A stretch of DNA of 62,936 nucleotides, counting the filler, from Thraustochytrium aureum (lineage: Eukaryota), in NCBI GenBank assembly GCA_012862495.1. It is 4 parts of 3 records of this genome, joined end to end, with 100 filler letters (N's around TTAATTAATTAA, not from the genome) between each part and the next. Parts side by side here need not be neighbours in the genome. Positions count along the whole stretch, not along the records: positions 31,133 to 59,826 come from BLSG01000103.1; 3 more parts are not named here. The stretch is one strand, 5' to 3'. Below, piece by piece: positions 46,041 to 55,332 of this stretch. The translations under genes were made by a program, and so were the position numbers. The notes beneath the pieces are model-generated. The model did no database searches, was not told the DNA's origin, and saw nothing but the letters and a program-made list of their open reading frames with translations. Numbering within the stretch: position 1 is the stretch's first letter; every line of letters starts with the position of its first letter.

Positions 46041-47215
46041 CAAGGACTCGTTGATCACAGGCTGACCAGCGCCGCGGCGAGGCCGCTCTGGAGCCTCTCG
46101 TCGATCGTCGCGCAGGATGGCCGCACCCAAAGGGCAAGCGGAGGAGAAAGAAGGGTGTGCGGTGCTATCCGCGAGGCAGTTGGACGTTACCGCCCCGAGT
46201 CGTCACCTCGGCAGGGGATGGCTCCGAGTCGGACGCGTTCGGACGAGAGTGGCTACGAGGAGGATCCATCCTCCTTGGCGGCTGCGAGCGATCTGGGCTG
46301 CCCGCGAGCGAGCGATCGATGCCCCAGAGGCCTTGCTTGCCCAGTTGCGCGGAAATCACCTTCACCACAAGATTCGACGGAGGATGACTCGTCGCTATCA
46401 GAACAGGTCTGGAAAGGTCGAAGATCAGTCGGGCATCGCTCGTGATTCTGCGCGCTGACCATGATCGCGACGCGCAGTCGGAGCTGGAATGCCCACCGAA
46501 CGTCTGCCAGTGGGTGTTGTTTTGCTGCGTTTTGTCCATCCGTCATGGGAAAAACAAACTGCTTTTGCGCTGAATGGCTTGGCGAACAAAGCGATCAACA
46601 GGTTGCCGGTGGATCCGTTACGGATTTGGCGGCCAAAACGATCCAACGCAGGCGGGCATCCATCCGATGACGCCTCGACCCATGCCATCACCAGCAGAGT
46701 AGACAGTCACCAGCAGAGTAGACAGACACCAGCAGGCCAGCAAGTTGCAGCGAANNNNNNNNNNNNNNNNNNNNNNNNNNNNNNNNNNNNNNNNNNNNNN
46801 NNNNNNNNNNNNNNNNNNNNNNNNNNNNNNNNNNNNNNNNNNNNNNNNNNNNNNNNNNNNNNNNNNNNNNNNNNNNNNNNNNNNNNNNNNNNNNNNNNNN
46901 NNNNNNNNNNNNNNNNNNNNNNNNNNNNNNNNNNNNNNNNNNNNNNNNNNNNNNNNNNNNNNNNNNNNNNNNNNNNNNNNNNNNNNNNNNNNNNNNNNNN
47001 NNNNNNNNNNNNNNCGCCCACTTTGCTTCGCTTGCCACGCAAACAAACGCGCAGGCAACTGGCGCAGCGCGAGTCCATCGCGCACCAACACAACCAGAAG
47101 CAGCGCAGGAAGATCGCGCGACGAACGGGCCAAGTTGGATGTGCTGCTGGCAGTCTGCGGCGAACGGAGGCAAAGCGGACGCGGCAAGGAGCGCGGGCAA
47201 TTCGGAGGAGGGCTG

Positions 47216-48886
47216 ATGGGGTTTTGCGGCGCGCTGGCCGCGGGGCAAGTGGGAAAGGCGCACAAGGTGAGGCGGCCCGGCGACGGCGACGATGGCCAGC
47301 GCAGCAGCGGCGAGTCCCGCATGGTCCAGGTATTCACAGGCGCACCGGGGGCGTTTGCAATCGTGTGCGAGTTTCTTGTGACGCAGGAGGGCGTCTTGGG
47401 CGGAATAGCAGCGACCTGCACAGGGCTACGCGCCATGCTCGCGTACGTATCGCTGAGTTACGACAGCAGAACGCACACTGTGGCCCAGCTGCTCTGCGCA
47501 AAGCGGTTTCCAGTCCAGCCTCGCGCGCTGCGCATCGAGCTGCGCTCCGGCGCCACCAACCAGAGCGGGGAAAGCGAGGCCCTTGAATCGGCCTGCACTC
47601 GCCTCGTTGAGCTCGGGAGCGCCCCGTGGCTCCGCGCTGCGCGCATGTACCAGCCACTGGACGGTGTATCAGACCTGACGCCGCTCGGTCGCCTCTACAA
47701 CCTGCGCAAGCTCTGGATGAGCTGGACCAACCGCGTCTCAAGCATAGAGCCGCTCGGGAGCCTCGTCCACCTCGAGGATCTCGAGCTCATCGGGTGTGGC
47801 AATCTGAGCGACATCTCGCCGTTGCGCAAGTGCACGGCGCTTCGGGCAATTCGCCTCAGCGGCTGCGGGGCGCTCCAGGACGCCTCGCCTCTCGCGGACT
47901 GCTTGTCACTCGAGTCGGTAAACCTCGGCGCATGCTGCAAGTTGGCAAGTCTCGATTTCGTGCGGCCACTGATCGCTCTGCGAGTGCTCACCGTCGACGG
48001 AAGCCTTGCCCTCCGTGACATACAGCCACTACAAGCCAGCGCCGCCTCCATGACGCTGACGACCCTCGCCTTGCGCTGGTGCCCCGCGCTAGAGGACATC
48101 ACCGCCGTCGGGTTCTGCACAAAGCTCGAGAGCATCGACTTGACGGGATCGAGGCTCCTGTCCTCCGCGCGCCCGCTCAACGCCTGCGGCGCGCTGCGCG
48201 AGCTCGTACTTGTCGATTGTGGTATCGCGGCGGATCTACCGGCTCTCGTAGAGCCGAGACTCAGGTTCCTCGCGCTTGGGGGCCACGTCGCGCTCGGTGA
48301 GTCGCAAGAGGGCGTGCCGCGATCCTCGCTCGAGCTTGGGCGAGCGGCCAGAACAGTTCAGGAGCTCAGCGTCTCTGGCTCGTCTTGGCTGCAGGACCTC
48401 AAGTTTGTTGGCCTGGCCAGCGAGATCGAGCGCCTCTCCGTTACGTCGTGCCGCAACTTGTCCGACATCAGCGCCGTCACGACGATGCCCAAGCTCAAGC
48501 AGGCATCGTTCAAGCGGTGTCGCGCGCTCGAAGACGTTGGACCGCTGCGGTCGTGCCCCAACCTCGAGTCGCTCGACCTTTCGGGTTGCATAAAGCTGCG
48601 CGAGCTAGGCGCGCTGGCGACGGCCCCGGCGCTCCGCACGCTCCACCTTGCTGGCTGCGAGTCGCTCAGCAGCTGGCCAGATCTCGGCGCGCCTGGCAGG
48701 TCATCTCGCGAGCCAAGCGCGCCGGTCAAGCCCAAAATGCGCTCTGTAGGTTCTGTGCGCAAGGCCGCGCTCCCGAGCCGCGCGTTTCCGCGCCCGGCCA
48801 GCCTCCGTGTGCCGACCGTGCTGCCTGCGGCGCCCGCGACATGGCTGTCCGCGACTCGCTGTAGCGCTCACCCGCAGGCCAGATAA
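47216..48886 (+). CDS. Leucine-rich repeat protein (~23-aa Cys-containing LRRs)
   Basis: Repeats of LxxLxLxGCxxLxDIxPL (LEDLELIGCGNLSDISPL, LRAIRLSGCGALQDASPL, LESLDLSGCIKLRELGAL). Start and end are uncertain. Confidence 0.85.
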   Translation: MGFCGALAAGQVGKAHKVRRPGDGDDGQRSSGESRMVQVFTGAPGAFAIVCEFLVTQEGVLGGIAATCTGLRAMLAYVSLSYDSRTHTVAQLLCAKRFPVQPRALRIELRSGATNQSGESEALESACTRLVELGSAPWLRAARMYQPLDGVSDLTPLGRLYNLRKLWMSWTNRVSSIEPLGSLVHLEDLELIGCGNLSDISPLRKCTALRAIRLSGCGALQDASPLADCLSLESVNLGACCKLASLDFVRPLIALRVLTVDGSLALRDIQPLQASAASMTLTTLALRWCPALEDITAVGFCTKLESIDLTGSRLLSSARPLNACGALRELVLVDCGIAADLPALVEPRLRFLALGGHVALGESQEGVPRSSLELGRAARTVQELSVSGSSWLQDLKFVGLASEIERLSVTSCRNLSDISAVTTMPKLKQASFKRCRALEDVGPLRSCPNLESLDLSGCIKLRELGALATAPALRTLHLAGCESLSSWPDLGAPGRSSREPSAPVKPKMRSVGSVRKAALPSRAFPRPASLRVPTVLPAAPATWLSATRCSAHPQAR

Positions 48887-49326
48887 CCTCGACCACCAGT
48901 CAACTCAACCCAGGCATTTAAAACATGACATGACGTGACCGTTGCAGCTCATGAAGGCTCTGCGCCTGGCCACCACGCGCAGCGCCTGGGCCTGACGCGC
49001 GTCGCGGCTCGAGCGTCCACGTACCTGTCGTTCATCCAACNNNNNNNNNNNNNNNNNNNNNNNNNNNNNNNNNNNNNNNNNNNNNNNNNNNNNNNNNNNN
49101 NNNNNNNNNNNNNNNNNNNNNNNNNNNNNNNNNNNNNNNNNNNNNNNNNNNNNNNNNNNNNNNNNNNNNNNNNNNNNNNNNNNNNNNNNNNNNNNNNNNN
49201 NNNNNNNNNNNNNNNNNNNNNNNNNNNNNNNNNNNNNNNNNNNNNNNNNNNNNNNNNNNNNNNNNNNNNNNNNNNNNNNNNNNNNNNNNNNNNNNNNNNN
49301 NNNNNNNNNNNNNNNNNNNNNNNNNN

Positions 49327-49630
49327 TGCTTGGCGCGAGCTGCGCCGCGTACTGGGCGGCGTGGGCCTTGGTGTCGGTGAGTTGCTCTGGCGGCGAGGGA
49401 TGTTGATGGACGACGATGGCCTGGGCAACGCTGACCTGGGTCCTCGGACGCTGCGCTGCGTGGCATAGCCGCTCGCGGGTCCGGGACACCCGGTGAACAA
49501 ACTCTTCCCGCCGCGTGTGTATGCATTGCTGGTGCCGGCCTGCGCGCTGGCAGTGCTGCTTTCTGTTGCCGGAGTCGCTGCTGGCGTGCAGCTTCACATG
49601 AACGAACGACGAGCCCATGGACGTAGGTAA
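49327..49630 (+). CDS. DPM2: Dolichol-phosphate mannose synthase regulatory subunit DPM2 (spliced; 5' in gap)
   Basis: Exon LGASCAAYWAAWALVS, then a 92-nt intron 49377-49468 (GTGAGT...CTGAC...TAG), then exon PLAGPGHPVNKLFPPRVYALLVPACALAVLL. This matches the DPM2 pattern Y..W....P....H....F.PR.YA...P. A T4 to T3 fix gives a second TM, a basic tail and TAA at 49630. Confidence 0.75.
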
Positions 49631-50101
49631 GGACGGCTGAGCGCCAAGGCTCGCGGCAGGGCTGTGCGACGGGCAAGGGTCGGCGAGGCCGCGCTTGCGG
49701 GCCGAAGAACGCGGATGACGCTTTTGGAACGAAAGCCAGGCGGTGGTGGCATCAAGTCGAACGGGAACGAATGGGACTGCTCTGCGCGCGTCAGACTCCG
49801 CCTGCTGAGGACGCCCCGATCCAGGCCCTACCTTCAAGTAGGAGCCGGAACCGCTCGCTAGCTAGAGTAAATGCAAGAGGGCGGAGAAGCTGAACTTGAC
49901 CGATACTCGCCCTCGTGCGTGTCGCGCTCGCTGACCAAGGCCTTCAGATCGACATACAGTTGGCCCAAAACCTCTGGGACATCAGAAGAAGGATGTGTCT
50001 CTTGCTAGACTAGCTCCAGCTCGAGTAGAGTAGAGAGAGGTCAGATTATGCACAACAAGCAAGTGTTCAGAGCGGCAGCGGCCATCGCGTGTCAAAGTCG
50101 G

Positions 50102-51647
50102 TCATCGTGGCACGGTGCCGCCAGCCACCAGCGGCGGCACCAGTGACGCCTGGGCCAGAACAAAGGCCGCGAGGTCAGGTCCCGGCTCCTGCACGTATGT
50201 ATGTACCAGGCAACACAAGGCTCTGCCCGTCAGAAACCGCGGCGCAAGGGCGGCGAGAAGAGAGCTAAAACAACGTACCTGCACATCCTCGAGCACGAGC
50301 GAGCCGCTGGGCGGCCGCCGAAACCGAAACACGCCTTCCATCTGCCGAAGCCTCAGCGCAGCAGACTGCACTCTTGCTTTGTAATCAGGCTTGTCCAGCC
50401 TTTTCTTGGAGGCCATCTCGCTCGCAGGCACTCCGATCAGCACGCGCTCGACGAACCCGCTGTCCACGCTGCACACGGCGCCGCCTACCCCGTCGCCGAC
50501 CTCGACCTGAAGCCGGAACTGCCCGTCCTTGGTCGTCTTGAGACCGCCACGAACCCCACTAACAAACGCCTTGACAAGGACTGACTCCCCGGCGCGGATC
50601 TCGCTCAAGAAGCGAAAGGGAAGCCCCCCTGCGCCATGAAACTGACTCGCCGAGAGCGCGTGCGCCCCGCCTCGGATCGCAGCCCGGGACGCCCCGCCAG
50701 GCAACTGCACGGCGCCAGTTGCTACGTGCTGCTTTTGCGACCCAGGCGGAGATGTGACTGGCGTTAGGGGCGACGGCGAGGTGGTGTGCGGCGTCGAAAT
50801 CGACTGCGAGGTTGCGTCGGAGCTCCGCCCCGCGCTTGGCTTCCGCAAGGACCGAACTGGCATTTCGGTTGGTACGCACGAGCTTTGCTCGTCCACATCC
50901 ATCGCCAAAGTTGTTTGAGCCGGCCTGGAGCGGCTTGGGCCTTGTGTGGCGCCGTGCTGGCCCTGGCGCTCAGGCGCGCCGTTCCCACCAACGGCCACAG
51001 CCGTGTCTTCCCGACTTGCTGTTGAGCGAGCATGGGCGCCACCCCCCAGAGGCGTTGTGTTGGCAGGGGCGAGAAGCAGCAAACCTCGGCGGACGGGCGG
51101 GTCTGTCAGCAGCAACTTTTCGCCTGGCGCGCCTTCAAAACCGGGCAAGGTCCGGTGCTCGAGCGCAAAGATGGACTGCAAACCGTCTGTGAGCTCCAGT
51201 TTGAGAACGCGTCTCGCACTCTGCTTTGGTGGACCACCGCTTGCACGTGTGGCAGGAGTTGCTGCACTCTCCGCGTTCAGCAGACTTGTGTTGGCGGCGG
51301 GTTGTTCTCGCTCTGCGCTTTTTCGGCTTCCTCGACCGCTTTGTCAAGGTTGCGCTTGGACTCGGCAATGTCCGAGCTCGCGACGACCTTGACCAACCCG
51401 ACCGGTCAGTCAGCGGCCTGCCCGCAACAGCGCATTTGCCACCTCGCCCGAAAAATCCGCTTACCTGGACCATAAACGAACCTTTGAGGACCACATCGTG
51501 CAGCGCGAGCACGCCGCTGGGCACGTTCGAGGCCACCACGACGCTCCTCAGGTCGACGTGCAGCAGCCGCGCGATGAGCGCCTCACGAGACCGGTTCGGG
51601 CCGGCCGCCACCCTGCCGCAGCGCCGACCATGCCGAGCGCGTCAGCA
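50102..51647 (-). CDS. RMI1: RecQ-mediated genome instability protein RMI1 (two introns; 5' in gap)
   Basis: LL..DLR, MVQ|VV..DI, RVLKLELTDGLQSIFALE, PGEKLLL and RRGLLLL...N..PLGG form the N-terminal OB fold. VKAFV...VGDG...LIG...LRQMEG forms the C-terminal domain. Introns 51388-51464 and 50189-50278 are GT-AG with CTGAC. An A5 to A6 fix is needed near 51320. Confidence 0.88.
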
Positions 51648-52489
51648 NNNNNNNNNNNNNNNNNNNNNNNNNNNNNNNNNNNNNNNNNNNNNNNNNNNNN
51701 NNNNNNNNNNNNNNNNNNNNNNNNNNNNNNNNNNNNNNNNNNNNNNNNNNNNNNNNNNNNNNNNNNNNNNNNNNNNNNNNNNNNNNNNNNNNNNNNNNNN
51801 NNNNNNNNNNNNNNNNNNNNNNNNNNNNNNNNNNNNNNNNNNNNNNNNNNNNNNNNNNNNNNNNNNNNNNNNNNNNNNNNNNNNNNNNNNNNNNNNNNNN
51901 NNNNNNNNNNNNNNNNNNNNNNNNNNNNNNNNNNNNNNNNNNNNNNNNNNNNNNNNNNNNNNNNNNNNNNNNNNNNNNNNNNNNNNNNNNNNNNNNNNNN
52001 NNNNNNNNNNNNNNNNNNNNNNNNNNNNNNNNNNNNNNNNNNNNNNNNNNNNNNNNNNNNNNNNNNNNNNNNNNNNNNNNNNNNNNNNNNNNNNNNNNNN
52101 NNNNNNNNNNNNNNNNNNNNNNNNNNNNNNNNNNNNNNNNNNNNNNNNNNNNNNNNNNNNNNNNNNNNNNNNNNNNNNNNNNNNNNNNNNNNNNNNNNNN
52201 NNNNNNNNNNNNNNNNNNNNNNNNNNNNNNNNNNNNNNNNNNNNNNNNNNNNNNNNNNNNNNNNNNNNNNNNNNNNNNNNNNNNNNNNNNNNNNNNNNNN
52301 NNNNNNNNNNNNNNNNNNNNNNNNNNNNNNNNNNNNNNNNNNNNNNNNNNNNNNNNNNNNNNNNNNNNNNNNNNNNNNNNNNNNNNNNNNNNNNNNNNNN
52401 NNNNNNNNNNNNNNNNGCACCTCAGCTTGAGCCCCGCTGGCACTGCCCGGCTCAGCTTCTATGTATCTATCTCCGCTCTCTCTAGCGAG

Positions 52490-53753
52490 CTAGATCATGG
52501 AAAGCGGGCCCGATGCAGCGTCGTCTTCGTCAGTGCTACTGGCAGCGAGCAGTGTCGACGAAACCGACTGTGCGGGGCGCGTGCGGCGCATTTTGGCGCT
52601 TTCTGATGACGCAGCGAAACTTGAGCCCGTTGAAATGCCCTGGAAGAGCCCGCGTGGGGCGTCGCCCTCAGCGCTGTCGCTCGAGTCTGCTGGGGCCACG
52701 CTGGCTGCGTCGCCTCCCCAGGGCCGAGACCTTGGCGGCGTTTGAATTGAGCGAGCGCAGGCCATCTCGGTGTGGTCTTTGTCGACTGGCGGAACCATGC
52801 TTCCCTGGCGCAGGCCGTAGACAAGGCAGAAAAGGGCCATGGCGGCGAAAAGCCATTGTAAAGCGTGTCGATCAAGCTGGCGAAGGGCCGTGAAATAACA
52901 GCGCCCGGAACCCGGCTGCGACGCTTTCGGCTTTTCGAATTCCTCGAGCGGGTCAAAGATACGATCCCGCGGCGGCATCACTTCGGCGAGGTGGTCCTCG
53001 GAAGGACCCGTCCGCAAACTCTGAAACCCACGGCCTCTCCGCCGCCTTGGCGAGAGCAGCCGTCACCAAGGAGTGCCAAGCGGTGCGGGCAAGCGGCGAA
53101 CTGGAGTTCATTTCCCGCAAGCACGAAACTGGGAAGGCGAAGAGGGTCACGTCGGTCAATGCGCGCGTGCGAAGTCGCTGGTTGGAGAAGCCCACCTGCA
53201 GCCCGATCACGCTCAGGTACTTGATGTCGAAGATCTCGCCAGAGAAGAGCGTAAACTCGAGATTCTTCCCGTTCACGAGCGACTCGGCGTGCACGCGGCC
53301 GTCCAGGAGGATGTAGATCACGAGCTCGTTCGCGACGCGGTCGGGTATGACTTTGTCCTTGGCGAATCTGTGCAATTGCATGTTCGGCGCAAGAAACTTT
53401 TTGAAAAGGATGCGCGAGATCCCACTCCTCCGATAAAACATGCGCCACAGAAGCTCTTCGTTCTCGTCCAGCTCGACCCAGCGCTCGTCCAGAAGTAGCC
53501 GCGTGATGCTCGAGCAGTGCACATACAAGTTGATCATGCACCAGATTATCGTGTCAAGCGGGAGCACGATCGGGTGGCTGACCACGTTGGGCCAGAACGG
53601 CCACCCCGTCGCAGCGTTGACTACCAGCCAAGCGTAAGCCAGGATCAGGCACGCGCGCACCAGCAGCAGGTCGCTGAACATTCCCGACATCATGAACGAC
53701 AAGTTGCTGAGCTGCATCCACAAGGACCCGGGCGTCCCAATCTGCACGACCAT
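52490..53753 (-). CDS. Popeye-domain-like membrane protein (3 TM plus cNMP-binding-like fold); frameshift near 53000
   Basis: SDLLLVR, D..IW..I..VH, LLLDER.VEL..EE..LW..F, ILLDGRV and SGEIFD follow the Popeye-type arrangement. The ORF 52490-53017 probably continues it. Confidence 0.7.
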
Positions 53754-54978
53754 CGTCGCGGCCCGCCGTAACTCCGCCGCCCGTGCACCTGCCTGGCACC
53801 TGCAAGCCTCTTCTAAAGACTTGCTCGCCGTCGCCGCAAGGTGACTGGCATACAGTAAGCACCTGTTCTGCTGGCGTTTACTGCAACACGCGGCGCATTT
53901 TGGCTACATTTTAGCAAGTTAGCATTTAGCAGAGGTACTCACTGTACTGTACTCTTCCGGCATCGGATCCTCCTTGCAGTGGTAGTACCCCGGTACAGTA
54001 CCCGTACTCGGGTACCGATACTCAAGTTGAGTCGTACCTACACTAGGCCTATACCCGTGCAATACATTTCCGGATTTTTGAACGCGCTCGCACAGCGCAG
54101 AGACGCCATGAAGTGCGCGGGGCAGTCGAGAGGCGTGTTGAGTGCACGAGCAAGGCACGAGAAGGCAAGATGAGCAGCAAAGCACTCGACAGGAATACGA
54201 AACTATGCGTCGCAGTATTCGTGCAAATTGTTGCACGAATACTGCTGGCTGACGTACAGCGCCACGTATGCAACACATGCGAGTCGTCACTCATGATTTG
54301 TCACGGTGGCAGGACAACTGAGCAGAGCAGACGAACCCAGGTACGTCCTCGTGTCTCCTACTACGTCTGTCGATTGCCTATCCTAGTACCCCGGANNNNN
54401 NNNNNNNNNNNNNNNNNNNNNNNNNNNNNNNNNNNNNNNNNNNNNNNNNNNNNNNNNNNNNNNNNNNNNNNNNNNNNNNNNNNNNNNNNNNNNNNNNNNN
54501 NNNNNNNNNNNNNNNNNNNNNNNNNNNNNNNNNNNNNNNNNNNNNNNNNNNNNNNNNNNNNNNNNNNNNNNNNNNNNNNNNNNNNNNNNNNNNNNNNNNN
54601 NNNNNNNNNNNNNNNNNNNNNNNNNNNNNNNNNNNNNNNNNNNNNNNNNNNNNNNNNNNNNNNNNNNNNNNNNNNNNNNNNNNNNNNNNNNNNNNNNNNN
54701 NNNNNNNNNNNNNNNNNNNNNNNNNNNNNNNNNNNNNNNNNNNNNNNNNNNNNNNNNNNNNNNNNNNNNNNNNNNNNNNNNNNNNNNNNNNNNNNNNNNN
54801 NNNNNNNNNNNNNNNNNNNNNNNNNNNNNNNNNNNNNNNNNNNNNNNNNNNNNNNNNNNNNNNNNNNNNNNNNNNNNNNNNNNNNNNNNNNNNNNNNNNN
54901 NNNNNNNNNNNNNNNNNNNNNNNNNNNNNNNNNNNNNNNNNNNNNNNNNNNNNNNNNNNNNNACGGCAAGCCCCTCTC

Positions 54979-55056
54979 GTCACATGCCTCCCCACGTGAC
55001 CCGGCCCACCGTGCGATCCCACGTGCCCCAACACGGCCCGCGCTCGTCACGTGGCC
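54979..55056. promoter_or_regulatory. Cluster of CACGTG (E-/G-box) motifs
   Basis: CACGTG at 54993, 55020 and 55048, plus CACATG at 54981. Function is not shown. Confidence 0.3.
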
Positions 55057-55332
55057 CTTCATGTTACGCAGCCGTCGTCCTGTACGCAGCACTGAAATTC
55101 AATAGTCACATAAGGATAAGGTGCGGTGCGGGTCCCCTTGCGCAGAGCTTGTGCGTTGGAGATTCCCGAGTGTGCAGGCGCGAGAGCAGACCCGCGAAGG
55201 GCGCAGGCCACGGCGGCTGGCAAGCGGCACGTTGGCAGACAGGTCAGTCGGCAGATCGGCAGGCACTCTGGCAGGCTGGTCAACGGATTGGCAGCCTGGC
55301 AGTCTGCGTGTCTGCCTGTGCCGTTTGCGCCG

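Noticed and set aside
4049..52485. ORF-track proteins that read through N runs
   Set aside because: Frames across estimated-length gaps are meaningless, so only the flanking segments were interpreted.
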